DNA from: Takakia lepidozioides
Taxonomy: Eukaryota > Plantae > Bryophyta
DNA length: 64,000 nucleotides
Direction of reading: 5' to 3'
Assembly: GCA_030704615.1 (NCBI GenBank)
Contig: CM060733.1
Coordinates: forward strand, 57,474,001 to 57,538,000
Part shown: positions 22,001-35,286 of the stretch, in pieces
How the letters are laid out: each line of letters begins with the position of its first letter
Position numbering within the stretch: the stretch's first letter is position 1
Translations under genes and position numbers: made by a program
The notes under the pieces: model-generated
Told to the model about the DNA's origin: nothing
What the model saw: the letters and a program-made list of their open reading frames with translations, nothing else
The model's database searches: none

Positions 22001-22960
22001 GGACCATGTGCAGCTCTTTGATCCGTATGGGTTTACTCTTTCCGTAGATACAGCCAATCGCACATTGCGTGGGTCCTCGGCGAAATCGGGCCAAGTTGCA
22101 TCTATATGCTTCCACGCAAGGGAATCTGGGACATGCCTTACCAAACCATCATTTGAGGCATTCCTGGAATGCCAAGTCATGAGCTCACTAATGGTCTTGC
22201 ATTTGTACATTTGTAATAGACGGGGGATAAGGGGAAAGTGCCTCAACACCTTGGCTGGCTGTTGTAACCTGCCCACATCATGGTATCGGGCTGCACCGCA
22301 TTTGGGGCACTCCATAGCGTCCTTGTACTCTCTTCTAAAAAGTACATGTCCTTTTGGACATGCATGTATTTTCACGTAGTTGAGGCCGAGCTTCCCAATC
22401 ATTTGGTTGGCCATGTGACAGCTTTTTGGCATTTCATTTGGTTGTGGAAGCAAGTTCAGCCGAAGCAAAGAGAACAACTCGTCCACAAAATGGTCTGAGA
22501 CACCGTGGGTTGTGCACAAGTTCATCAACAGCATGGTGGCAGCAAGCTTTGTGGATTTGCATCCCTCGTACAGTGGCACACATGCTTCTTCTAGTGTCAT
22601 GTGTGCAGAATTCAATTCTCCATCTCCACCTCCTTCCACGCCTTCCCCCACGTGAATGCCTTCATTTCCTGCGTCATCACCATCCCCAGTTGTCGCAGCG
22701 CCGTCCCCCTCTTCAGCATCGTCCATGATGTGGAATGCTTCCTGCAACATTCGAGTAATCTCCACCCCTCCATCCATGCCTGGTTCATGTCTTGCGCCCA
22801 TGACATAGTCCTCGTCTGGCCTGTCTGTATGGCTCCCTCGGGGGTGTGCATTGTCCAATTGTGCCCACTCCTCATCGTCTTCGTCTACAGGTCCATCTCC
22901 AATCCACACCCGAAATGCTTCATGTCTTTTGTGGTGAAGGAGATGTGTGCGCACACCGTC
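19056..22960 (-). pseudogene. CACTA TnpD/Tnp2 transposase (Transposase_21, DUF4218 and DUF4216-like parts), disrupted
   Basis: YVKIHACPKGHVLFR..CPKC, RNVRLAVSTERVNPY (canonical TDGxNPF altered), STWP..YNLPPW, DFPAY, LDPMHCEKN, MKSHDLHV, FFDVMTHLLVHL, RWMYPMERYMK..PEGSMAEGY and YVGVIKEIL..LFRCSWV..EPFIFPSQVEQVFF. Introns and frameshifts. Confidence 0.92.
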
Positions 22961-24621
22961 CTCAGATCTACTTGTAGTTGAAGTGTGAACAACCTGACTA
23001 CAAGGCCAGAACCTGCGCCACTTGTCTTAGCGGCCATCTCCAAATCACGTTTCGGCGGACAATCCCGTTCCGTTGCCGTGAAATTGCACCGTGGCGGGAA
23101 GGGAGTCCATTTGTGTGGCTCTATCACCATGGCGGGAAGGGGAGCATGTTAAAAATGGAGCATCGCCCTGCCACTTCACTCATTTGCTGTTTGCAGCTTC
23201 TTCCACCATCTTTCTTACTTAATTCTAATTCTTGCAATGCTGCCCTTGAGACGGCAACTGCAAGTGACCGGATCCTTTGATCGTCGCATTCAAAGACACT
23301 TACGTGTAGCAGATCGCAGACCCCCAAATGCCTGGAGAGAAAGCCAGAGGGCAGTCAATGCATGCACGGTTGTTTTGCACTGGTTGGGACGGAGTGGGGT
23401 GCAGAGGAGGCGTGATGTGCCCGAGTTCGCATGCCTAGCATCCTGCAGCCGGCGGCTTTTGCACGTTGGGCAGCAGTACCCTCTGCTGTATGATTACCAT
23501 TTGTGGTACAGACTCACCGGCCTCCCCTGTCCACTTGGGTCTTGGGACAACGACTTATGGAGTATGTAGACAGAGTTGCATGTCGCGCAGGTACACCAAA
23601 ATCTCCCATGTAACATAAACCCATTTCTCATTCATGCTTGCATGTGATCCACGGGGTAATTTCCATGTTCTCCCAGCTGATGTGGGTTCGCAAATTCTCG
23701 GTGTGTAGGTGTGTGTGTGAGGACCTCAACCTGGCATGGTGCGATGGGTGTCGAATGGACCCTTCTCTGCGATGGGAGAACCACTACAGTTGAGTTTGTT
23801 TTTGCTGAATCATTTGGCAGAGCACTGTGTTCACTTCTCACACATCATGCGCATTTTCTCCAAGAATGCATGTAAAGCGGAGCCATACACGGCATCATTG
23901 CAGTGTGTTTCTTTCGCCTAATTTTGAACGAAAAAAAGTTAACGGATCCATGTCAGTTGTGTGAATCACTATATCTAGTTGTCTGGAGGATTGTAAGTGG
24001 TTTAGGGTTTAACGTCTCAAAGTCGAAAATGCCATAGTGTCGGATGCACGACACGTGTTCATATTTGAAATCAACAACGGCCGGATCTTCACTACAGATC
24101 GGGGGGGGGGTGTGTGATCACACTCCCCTCCTTGTCCTTCTTTCCTCCTTTGCATGTCTTGGTCTTCCTCGCTCGTCTTTGTCTTGGTCATGGTCTAAGT
24201 CCTCGCTCGTCTTCATCTTTGTCATGGTCTATGTCCACGCCTAGTAAGAAGCGCTTGACCGCCAAGGCAGCATCACCTCCTCCCACTTCTGCACATTCCA
24301 GCCCCGCGGTGCGAAGGAGCCCCCGCCTGGCTCGACTGAATCCGGTACAGATGGCGTCGGTGCGAGAGGGAAGGCAGAGCGGTGGGCGGTCTTTGAGTTT
24401 GGATTTTGACACAAGCGAGTATAGCATGGGCGACGATGATGAGGTGGAGGACAGTTCGGAGGAAATTGCACCTCCATCTGCAGAGTCTCTCCAAAAGGTG
24501 CGCAAACGGCACAAAACCGCTGTGCATGAGGTGAGTTCTACCCCTACTTGTGTTCTTGTTTTCTGGGCGTTGAGTTCTCCTGAAACTGAAACTGGGATGC
24601 ACATATCCACAAAGTTGTTTA

Positions 24622-25730
24622 AACGGATGTCGTAGTATACAGGGCAGTAGAAGAAGAAGTGTTCTTCAGTTTCAATTTCCTTGCTGCGCCCTATGCAAGC
24701 TGGACATAGGCGGTCCTCCCGTTGCAGGTTTTCCCATCTGCCAGTCTCTATCCGTAGGTTGTGGGAACCCACCCTAAACCGCCCCAATGCCCTCAAGAGG
24801 GAAGGAGGTAAGGGTGCTGAAAGGTAATTTGGTCTGAAGATTCTATCATCGCGGAGCACCAAGAATGTCTCTCGATAGAAGTGGAGCTTTGTTGTGAGAT
24901 TGGGTAGCATCCAAGTTCTCTTGACATGTAATTCCATAAGCTCTCTCCGAATGAGTCTGTTGCGGTCATGTCTGGATGTTATGTCCACCTCATGTGGGTT
25001 CATTGGTAATAGGAAAGCAGTAGAAAGTCCGTTACGTTTCAATAAACTGTCCACTCGAGCATACCAGGAGTTCCCGAAACCTGCAGCTTTGAGCCTCATA
25101 GATGTTGTGAGGGCCCTTGCCACTAGCCCTTTGGGTGGAAGGGCCTGCAATCTATGGAGAAAGATTGTAAGCCTGAACTGTGCCTCGGATTGCAATGGTA
25201 CACATGCGAACTCTGCACCTAGGATCTGAGATGGAGTTGTGCTCCTGGCGCCAAGCATTGCTTGGAGAAAAGATGACTGTAATGGTTCCAAATTCTTTTC
25301 CCACCAGGAGACAGGGACACCAGGTGCCCAGAACTCACAACCATTGATGGTAGCAGGGCTGATGACGGTGTCAAACAACCACTTTTTGGTCGGGGGATGC
25401 CGCAGATGTATTTGCTTGCATTTGGCGTGAAGGCGGACGGAGGCCGCCTTACCTTTAGTCAATCTGTCCAAGGCAGTGGCTGCAAAGTGAAACTTGGGGG
25501 AGTGGATAACCAGACCTAGGTACCGGTATGATTTGACAATCTCAATTTCCTGCTGGTTGAAGATGAATCTACGATCAGCCTGGCCATTGAAGACCATGAT
25601 CTTGGTCTTGCTAAGATTGACTTGCATCCCATAGTCTTTGCAGAACTGTTCCAAAATTTTGATATGGCGTTGCAGAAAGACCGGGGATTGTGCCAAAAGG
25701 GCAACATCATCAGCGTAGAGGAGATGTGAT
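24622..25730 (-). mobile_element. Non-LTR retrotransposon fragment (RT C-terminus and Zn finger; RTEX/L2-like) inside a CACTA intron
   Basis: LLYADDVALL, VNLSKTKIMVF, YRYLGL, FRVGSHNLRIETGRW..RLCPAC..ETEEHFFFYCPVY. Boundaries are approximate. Confidence 0.85.
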
Positions 25731-28311
25731 TGGGCAGAAAATGAAGTTAGGCATAAAACATCCCTGAACATGTTTTCAATTTGTGTCATGGGGGAGGACA
25801 TCGTGGAAAAACCTTCAGGTCTACCACTGTGTGCAGAGGGATTAGTTTTTAGGTCAAGGAAATGTTGATTTGTCACGTCATTGCACCTGAGTTGGAGTAC
25901 GCATTTGCTATATGCGTTGATAACTCCAACGAGGCTAGGTCTGCAATATCCTTTCAATTGAATTGTGTCTGCACCTGTGTTTACCAACATTGAGAGTCTT
26001 TAGGACTTTTGGGGCTCCGTTGCTGGGCTCCGCCATACAGCCATTTGCTGATTGTGTGAATAGATGTCCACTGGATATGTGCAAAACCCGGATGGATGTT
26101 CTGTTTCCTGGTAAGTTTCATGTGGTACTGATGTGAACCCGCCCACATTCTGTTTCTTCACCAATGAATGGGCTTACATGTTATGAGGACATTCTGTCCC
26201 TCTCCTTTTCAGTTTTTGGCACTTGCACTGCAGGAGAGTGGGTTTGAGGTCAGCCAATCCATAGTTGTGGTTGTGGGATGGTTTGTGCTCTGGTGACGTT
26301 GTGTTCAGTAGGACTACAGCTGATGCACCTTGTGTGTGGGATGTTTTTGGCAGCGGAAGGGGAGTGAAGCTGCAGCAAAGCACTCACAGCCACCACACAA
26401 TGCCAACCAACACCAACCTTGGCACCCACCCCCTGCCGGATGGTCTCCACAACAGAGTGCACCATGGGGAGCCCCCCCTGCTTCGGGGTCATGGCGCTGG
26501 CTTCCTGATGTTGCCACGTCACAATGGGGGCCTCCCACATCTCCATACGGCCCTCCCCCCTCCGGCACACATCAGTCACCCCCCACAACGTATGACGGCG
26601 CTGCTCCAGAGCATGGGGGCAGGAAACGGACATCAGAGCTGAGGAAGGAACGACGTCATGCCATGAAACAATGGGAAGGAGATGGAGAGGGAAGGGTGGC
26701 TGCAGGGCTAAAGCGCCACAAGGTGGAGGTGCATGGAAATGGAGTCATCAATGCTGGCTGCGAAGGTAAGGAACACTGGCAGCGTGATTTGCATGGCCTG
26801 GCATTGCGTTACCTTGACTCAAGCGTACAAGACATTGACCAGCAGTCCCAGAGTGCCATGTCAACAGTAATAGAGGGCATAAATGGAATGTACGAGTACA
26901 CACCTATCCCTGCCAATTGTGATTTTATAGTGAAGCAATGTGGGAAGATAATGAAAGGAGAAAGAGCAAAACTGAAAGATAAATGGGCGAAGACTGGTGT
27001 GAGGCCAATGAACACTGAACCCGCCTATAGGGATAAGCTTGTTGCCTACTAGGAGTCCCCTCGTGGACTTGCAAAGGCTGAAGGGATGAAGCAAGCGCGT
27101 GCTTGTGTCACGAACCCCTCGCGTTGGGGCCGGGCAGGAGTTGCAGGCCAAGCAGCCCGTTTGGTAATCTCCCTCACCCCCTTCTCATTGCTCTTACGTT
27201 GTGGCATGTTCTGATGGAAGAGACACCCACGAGTGGGTTTTATTGCTTGTGCAGAATTAGTTGTTATGTGATATGCAGGGCAGTGCTTTGTCCATATGCT
27301 CCTGGCATTTTGTACTGACAGTGTGTGGATGGGCAAATACAGAAAAGATGCAAAGCGCGGAGCCCGTCAATGTCCGAGCTCGGGGCAGAGTGCAAGAACG
27401 CTGCGACTGGCACCCCATCAGAGTCTGTTTTGAGCCAGGTATGTTTTGAAGTCCGGTTTCCATTCATGAATCTGTTGTTGTACTAAGATTTGGTGGGTAT
27501 GTGGGGCCCCCACGCATGGTACACGAGGGGTGTTATGCCAAACCTAGCCATCTCCGAATGCCTGAAATCCTGCACATTCGGCCTCTTCTTCTGGTTTTTA
27601 ACAGTACGGGTGGGTGTTTGTATGCGTAGGGAGCGGGGAACTCAATGGCAGGCATCGGGGCCCTGGAGAGGCTTGCGGCTCTCTCTGCGGAGCGGGAGAG
27701 GGGAATGGAAGCACAATTGAAGAAGATAGTGGAACTCATGATGGGGCAAAAAGGGGGTGTGACGGGTGGCATTATGGAAGACCCCCCTGCTGCGACCATT
27801 GTACCTGACAAGGAGGAAGTAATTGTAGTGGGTAGGGATGTGACAGAGGTCCGGGCTGTTGTTGATGATATTCACAGTGGGGGCAAGGTCCACTCGTTGA
27901 AGAGGGAGAGGTCCAGCAAGTTGGTGGGGATGACATGGACGATGGGGGGGTCATTGCTCATGATGGGGGAAAAGGGGAAGCTATAGGGGGAGAGGGTGGT
28001 AGTTTGCCTGGTCCAAGCTGCAGGGGGACCGAAACTTTGCCCTCCGGGGTGACTGTTGTCTCCCAACCCACTGAGGTGAGACCCCGTGACACCCCTTCAA
28101 AAGCTCCTTTCATAGAAAAGTCGAAACTAATTGTTCTAGACCTGAACGGGATCATGTGCCACTCTATTCCTAACTTTCAGCCCAACCCGAGGCGTCATTG
28201 GCCATGGGTGTTGACCACCAACAAGTATGTTTTCCCAAGGCCCCAGGTTTGCGAGTTTTTAAACCTTCTCTTCCGGTATTTCTACGTTGGGATATGGTCC
28301 TGTGCTTCCAA

Positions 28312-29037
28312 TGTCGCAGCCCTTTGCCTTGAGGGCAGGGGGGTCGGGACACATGAGGGGCTGCCCCTGTAGTGGGGGCATCGGCAGCGATAGATATGGG
28401 GGGCTGAAGCACCCTTGAGTACCCAAGGCACTCAAGGAGGCGGAGGCGCTCACTAGGTGGAGCCCCGCACACCAGGTTGCGGTGGGGGTGGCTCCACAAG
28501 GGGTGGTGGTAGCTTAGCGGGACTTAGTGGGGGTGGCATAGGACTCACCATGGGGGCGGAGACCTCGTGGTGGGAGTCGTGGGGAGTCTTGGGACTCATC
28601 ACGGTCCATAGGGGCCGTGATGAGTGGGCCAAGACTCACCGCGACTCATCACCGGGAGTCGAGGGTTTTCGTGGTGGTTCGCCATAAAATAGCATGGCTG
28701 GTTATGAAACCCCCGCGGACAGCTACAGAAGTATATATAGGGAGTAGTAACCCCGAGAACGGTGCAAGCCCGTTGGTGACCAAAAACTAGTGAGTAAGCG
28801 AGCGAGCCGGAAAGCGGCCAAAGAGTGGGGAGCTGTTCCGGACTACCACCTACCAAAGGGAATTCTCCTAGTCCCAAATAGGTGGAGGGTTTAGAGGGAA
28901 GCGGAAGGGGACCGTTATGTCCCGGTGAGCAGCCGAAACTCCAAGTTGGCCCGGCGGCCAGGTTGGGAGTCAGGCGCGCGCATCAAAGCGAGTAACTATG
29001 ACTTGAAGGGGAGTTTACCGAAGTGAGGTGTGCGACA
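28312..29037 (+). repeat. Gypsy 5' LTR
   Basis: Matches 34561-35286 with about 5 G/A differences. Confidence 0.97.
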
Positions 29038-29092
29038 TTTGGTATCAGAGCTTAGAGTTCAGTACGCAATCGTCCTTGGGATTGACCTCACC

Positions 29093-32000
29093 ATGGGGTC
29101 GGGCAAGCCGAAGCGAAAGCGGAACGGCCCAAAAGATGATGATCCCGGTGAGCCCGATGGGGGCGACGTGTCACCGAGGCGGCCGTTTGAGGAAGCGATG
29201 AATGTTCCCGAAAACGAGGCCGCTCAGGAGCGGGAGGAATCCGAGGAGTCGGAGCCCGAGGAATCCTTGAGAGCTCCGACAAACCAAGAGATGCCTCCCA
29301 TGCCGGCAGCCTTTTGGGAAGGGTTGTTGGCGCAGTTTGGCGGGACGTTGAAAGACGTTGAAGGCGGCTAATGCCACTTCCACTAAGGCAAAGTTTAAGG
29401 TGAAGCCTAAGGAACCCGGCACCTTCGAGGGCGTTTGAAACCGGAAGGCACTCAACACCTGGCTCCTGGAGCTAGAGCAGTACTTCCGGGCGGCCAAGTT
29501 GAGTGACGAGGATCGGGTGGAAGTGGCTCCCACCTATTTGAGGGGCTATGCTCAACAATGGTGGCAGAAACGCCTTCACGACCGAGGCCCAAGCCCGGAA
29601 ACCTTGAACTGGAGTGGGTTCAAGGAATTGATGAAGAGACAGTTTGTGCCCCTCAACGCATCCTGGCTTGCCCGGGACAAGATGAGGAATTTGAAGCAAA
29701 CAGACGACATTCGGGGGTATGTCCAGGCTTTCAATGTGCTGTTGCTCGAAGTCGCGGACATGGCAGAACCAGAAATGGTCTTCAACTTTGTGGCAGGACT
29801 GGCCCCATGGGCTAGGCGGAAGTTGGAGGAGAAGCCACCCAAGACTTTGAACGAGGCAATTGAGAGAGCTGAATGTTTCTCGGATGTCCCTAGGGGTGAG
29901 AGACAAGGCCGTACGGAGCTGAACCACAAGAAGACCCGGCGGGAAGGTGACTCCTCCCGACCGGAAAAGAAGTGGGATAGGCCACGCGGCGAAAATGGCA
30001 CGTGGAAATCGAAGGGAGGTCCTTCACACGTCAAGGCGGCACCCGGTGCTTCGAAAGGAAAAGCGGGTGGAGCGGCTTATGGCGGACAGAAGGCGACCTT
30101 TGATGGAGTGTGTTTCAATTGCGGGGAGCCCGGGCACATGGCCAAGAAGTGCACGAAGCCCCGGCAATTGAACATGACTCGGGCGACCACGGAGCTGTCA
30201 GAAGATACCATCAGTCGCTTGGTGGAAGCGGTAGTCGCCAGGACTTGCAAGGTAGGCAACTATTCTTGTGAGTTGTATCAGGAAACTGGCGCCCTGCGAA
30301 AAGGGAGTCAATTATTGTTCGTGGATGGGATAATATCCGGAACTAACGTGTCGTTGTTGGTGGACACAGGAGCGTCGCACTCCTTTATGACGCCGGTGGC
30401 GGCGCGAAAGTTGGGACTCCCGACAAGTGACGTGGGGGCCTCTATTGAGGTGCGCTCTGCCAAAGGAGAACCTCAGTTGGCGACAAGGTTGGCGTTTGAT
30501 GTTCCTCTTCAACTGGGGAGTTGGGAGGGACGTGAGAACTTCACTATCTGCGAGATCGATGGAGTGGATCTCATTTTAGGGATGACCTTTTTGAGCAAAT
30601 CCGGAGCGGTCATAGATGGCCGCAAGAGAGTAGTCACGCTCCCATGTGGGAATGGTGACGAGGTTTTACGAGTGTCGGAAACGCCCAAATCCGTGGGAGG
30701 GCGAATAAACCTTCTGTCAGCAAAGGAGTGGGCCGTGGAGGAGGCACACGAGTCCCAGTTTTTGCTTTACATTAGAGAAGTGAAAGGAGAAGGCGATGGG
30801 GAGCCGAGCCCAGATTGGATCAAGGGGATTTTGGAGAAATACCAGGATGTGATGCCGGAGGACTTACCAAGCGGCTTGCCACCGCGAAGAGGAGTTGACC
30901 ACAAGATTGAGGTGATACCGGGAGCGGGACCGCCTGCCAAGGCGCCCTACCGGTTGAGCCACAGAGAGTTGGTCGAGCTGAAGACTCAGCTCAAGGATCT
31001 AATGTCAAAGGGGTACATCCGGCCGAGTAAGTCACCTTACGGAGCCCCGGTGCTATTTGCAGACAAGAAGGATGGGACGCTGCGGATGTGTGTCGATTAC
31101 AGGGCTCTGAATAAGGTAACTATAAAAAACCGGTACCCTTTGCCAAGGATCGACGACCTCTTCGATCGGTTGGCAGGAGCGAAGTATTTCAGCCGGATCG
31201 ACTTGCGCTCCGGCTATCACCAAATTCGGGTGGCAGAAGGAGATGAGGAGAAGACCGCGTGCAGGACAAGGTATGGTTCATATGAGTTTTTGGTGATGCC
31301 TTTTGGGCTCACCAATGCACCAGCGACATTTAGCACGCTGATGAACAGCCTTTTCCAAGAGTGGTTGGATGACTTCGTGATCGTGTACATCGACGACATC
31401 TTGGTGTACTCGAAAACAAAGGAGGAGCACCTGGAGCATCTCAAAAGGGTGTTCCAGAAATTGCGAGAAGGGAAGCTGTATGCCAAAGCTTCAAAGTGCG
31501 AATTCGGGGTCACAAAAGTGGAGTTCTTGGGGCATGTGATTACACAGGATGGGATCAAAATGGATGACAGAAAGGTGAGGGCGATCTTGGACTGGGAGCC
31601 TCCGACTTCGGTCCCGGGAGTGCGATCCTTCCTAGGACTCGCCTCCTATTACCGGAAGTATGTGAGAAATTTTGCCAAGATCGCGGGGCCGCTGTCGGAC
31701 CTTCTGTGTAAATCCAAAGTCTGGGTATGGAACACATTTTGTGGCCAAGCTTTTGCTGAATTGAAGCAGCGGATGACGGAAGCTCCAGTCTTGAAAATCC
31801 CGGAGTTCGATCGTCCGTTTGAGATTCATACAGATGCATCGGACTTCGCAATTGGGGGTGTACTTATGCAAGATGGACGTCCAGTGGCTTACGAAAGTAA
31901 GAAACTGAATGAAGTGGAGCGACGGTGGCCGACGCACGGAAAAAGAGATGAAGGCGGTGGTGCATTGCCTTGAACTCTGGCGCCACTATGTTGGTTCCAA

Positions 32001-33654
32001 CCCAGTGAAGGTGTTCACGGACAATGTCACGGTGAAGTATTTTGCCACGCAGCCCAAGTTGTCCCCAAAACAACTTAGGTGGCAAGATACTTTGGCAGTG
32101 TTCGACGTGGATATCCAGTACAAACCGGGACGGGACAATGTGGTGGCCGATGCTTTATGTAGAAAGCAGCAGCTCTTGTTGGTGTACAAGGGCGAGACGG
32201 CACTCCAAAGGAAGATCCGGAAGGCTTGCCGGAAGGATGAGCTGGCAAAGTGCGTGATGCAGAACTTGAGAATGGGGGTTAAATCGCAGTTCCACTTGCA
32301 AAACGGACTGCTCCGGTATAAGCAAAAACGTCTCTATGTGCCAAAGGGAGGGATCAGGGATAGTCTCTTGAGAGAATGCCATGATAGCCCGCTTGCGGGC
32401 CACGGTGGAGCCAAGCGCACTGCGGCACTCTTGAAGAAAGAGTATTTCTGGCCCAAACTGAGGGAGGAGGCAGAGGAGTATGTCAAGACATGCACCACAT
32501 GCCAACAAAACCGGAGCGAGTACAAAAAGCAAGCGGGGCTGTTACAACCCTTGCCGATTCCAGAGGGGACTTGGGAAAGCGTCTCGATGGATTTCATGAC
32601 TGCTATGCCGCTGTCAAAAGGATTCGATGCAATCATGGTGGTGGTAGATAGGTTCAGTAAAATGGCCCATTTCATCCCCACCAAGGAGACGGCAACGGCG
32701 CAGGAGACAGGGCGACTTTACTTCGCCCACGTCTTAAAGCATCATGGAGTCCCGAAGGATATTGTCTCGGACCGCGATCCAAAGTTTACGAGTAAATTCT
32801 GGAGAGCACTTTGGAAGAAGATGGGGACGAGGCTGAAGATGAGTACCGCCTTCCGACCTACGACGGACGGCCAAACGGAAAGAGTGAATTCCGTAGTGAA
32901 GCAATTCTTGCGGAATTACGTGTCGGCAGACCAATCAGACTGGATGGAACACTTAGACGCGGCAGAGTTCTGTTATAATAACACAGAACACTCCGCGACG
33001 GGAGTTTCCCCTTTTGTGTTGGTCTATGGAAAAGCACCTCTGGTGCCGACAAGTTGGGCCGCCCAGGACGTTGAGGAACCGGCAGTAGCGGCGGTACTGG
33101 AAGAACGCGAGCGTTTGTTGAAGCTCGCAAAGTACAACATTGCCAAAGCTAGGAAACGGTATGAAAGGCAGGCAAATCGGAAGCGGAGGGAAGTGAAGTT
33201 TGAGGCAGGCACAGAGGTCTGGTTGAACATCAAGAATTTTCGACTACCTCCGGAAGTGAGTCCGAAGTTCGTACCTCCGTATGCGGGTCCCTTTCGCATT
33301 CGGAGGGTTATGAATGAGGATGTGTATGAATTGGAGCTGCCGGCAAACAGCAAGGTGCACCCAGTATTCCATGTCTCCCTTTTGAAGCCTTACTTCAAAG
33401 ATGAAGCACGTCCGAATCGGCAGCAAGTGTTGCGCCCGTCACCTATGCTGTTGGATCATGAAAATGAACCTGAGTACGAGGTGGAGGCAATACTTAAGTC
33501 AAGGAGGTTCAAGAACCGAGAAACGGAGTATCTCGTCAAATGGAAGGGCTATCATCTTGTGGAGGCATCTTGGGTGCGTGCCTCAGAAATGGGAAACGCA
33601 TCCGAGGCAGTTGCAGCGTTCGAAGGGCGACCTCAAAAGCGGAAGAAACGTTGA
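29093..33654 (+). pseudogene. Gypsy gag-pol (gag, CCHC, PR, RT, RH, IN, chromodomain) with two gag stops and one RNase H frameshift
   Basis: [44 protein letters not shown], frameshift near 31940, SMDFMT..DGQTERVN and EYEVEAILKSR..YLVKWKGY. Confidence 0.95.
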
Positions 33655-34560
33655 TGGGGACATCAACCTTGGAGCATGGGGGAGGAAATGCATACTTAGC
33701 CCGGTTTAGCTAGCTCAGGAATCCGATTGCAAAAACTTGTATTGTACAAAAATTTGTTATAAAGGAAATGGGTCCCAAATATTGTGCGTCCTATTGTGTT
33801 TGGAATGGTGATGCTTGGTGTGGTTGGCTAGTGTGTAGAATGCATGCTAGCTTACAAAAGTGGGAGAGGTAAATTGGGTTAATCGTGTGTTTGCGCAGTG
33901 CCGAAATCGGGTGACTCCCATCCAAGGGGCAAGGAAACTTGCGCCTTATTTGGGAGTTCACGTGCTAGTGCGCACCTGGCGCGTGCGCGTACTATAACTG
34001 CGCTACCGAGGGGGTTGCCTTGTAGTGTGGGCTAACGCGGAAGCTACGTGCTTCCGTTCACGTACTATAATCGTGTAGCCTCGGGACGAAGTCGTAGTGC
34101 GGCTTCGGCGTGTTCCCGTACCTCAGGCCAGCATTCCAAGGCGGACCCAATTGTAGTGATTGGGGCGCACGGTTGGTTCAAGATTATCTTCCTAGTCAAA
34201 GAGGGTTCCAGGTGAACCCTTGCTCAAGGTGATGCCAAAAGCGGCATCATGAGCGATCGCAAGCAATGTTGTTGCAGTAAGGCGATTTGATCCTCGGGGA
34301 GGATCGTTCCTTGGCCTTGAAGTAGGCCAAGAAGAGTGCACTGGGAGGAGCTGGAGAGGCTCCACCCTTGGCCGGGACTTGGAGGAAGTCGGCCGAACTA
34401 GCTAGTGGAGAGTAGAGTCAAGTGTGGGGTTTGGTTCTTTGCCATGGGACGCCATGGTGCGGAAACAAACTCCTTGATGTGGGACGCCACAGCTTGGATG
34501 TTCGTTTCTACAAAATGGACAAGTCGATGAGGACATCGACTCCCTGTTGGTAGGGGTGTG

Positions 34561-35286
34561 TGTCGCAGCCCTTTGCCTTGAGGGCAGGGGGGTCGGGACA
34601 CATGAGGGGCTGCCCCTGTAGTGGGGGCATCGGCAGCGATAGATATGGGGGGCTGAAGCACCCTTGAGTACCCAAGGCACTCAAGGAGGCGGAGGCGCTC
34701 ACTAGGTGGAGCCCCGCACACCGGGTTGCGGTGGGGGTGGCTCCACAAGGGGTGGTGGTAGCTTAGCGGGACTTAGTGGGGGTGGCATAGGACTCACCAT
34801 GGGGGCGGAGACCTCGTGGTGGGAGTCGTGGGGAGTCTTGGGACTCATCACGGTCCATAGGGGCCGTGATGAGTGGGCCAAGACTCACCGCGACTCATCA
34901 CCGGGAATCGAGGGTTTTCGTGGTGGTTCGCCATAAAATAGCATGGCTGGTTATGAAACCCCCGCGGACAGCTACAGAAGTATATATAGGGAGTAGTAAC
35001 CCCAAGAACGGTGCAAGCCCGTTGGTGACCAAAAACTAGTGAGTAAGCGAGCGAGCCGGAAAGCGACCAAAGAGTGGGGAGCTGTTCCGGACTACCACCT
35101 ACCAAAGGGAATTCTCCTAGTCCCAAATAGGTGGAGGGTTTAGAGGGAAGCGGAAGGGGACCGTTATGTCCCGGTGAGCAGCCGAAACTCCAAGTTGGCC
35201 CGGCGGCCAGGTTGGGAGTCAGGCGCGCGCATCAAAGCGAGTAACTATGACTTGAAGAGGAGTTTACCGAAGTGAGGTGTGCGACA
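34561..35286 (+). repeat. Gypsy 3' LTR
   Basis: Matches 28312-29037. Confidence 0.97.

Larger units (their letters stand above)
28312..35286 (+). mobile_element. Young full-length Ty3/Gypsy chromovirus
   Basis: Two 726-bp LTRs (TGTCGCA..TGCGACA), TSD TCCAA (28307-28311 and 35287-35291), PBS TGGTATCAGAGC at 29040 and a G-rich tract before 34561. Confidence 0.97.

Noticed and set aside
24188-25990. 600-aa ORF as a single protein
   Set aside because: It is a chance read-through: a LINE fragment flanked by antisense CACTA sequence.
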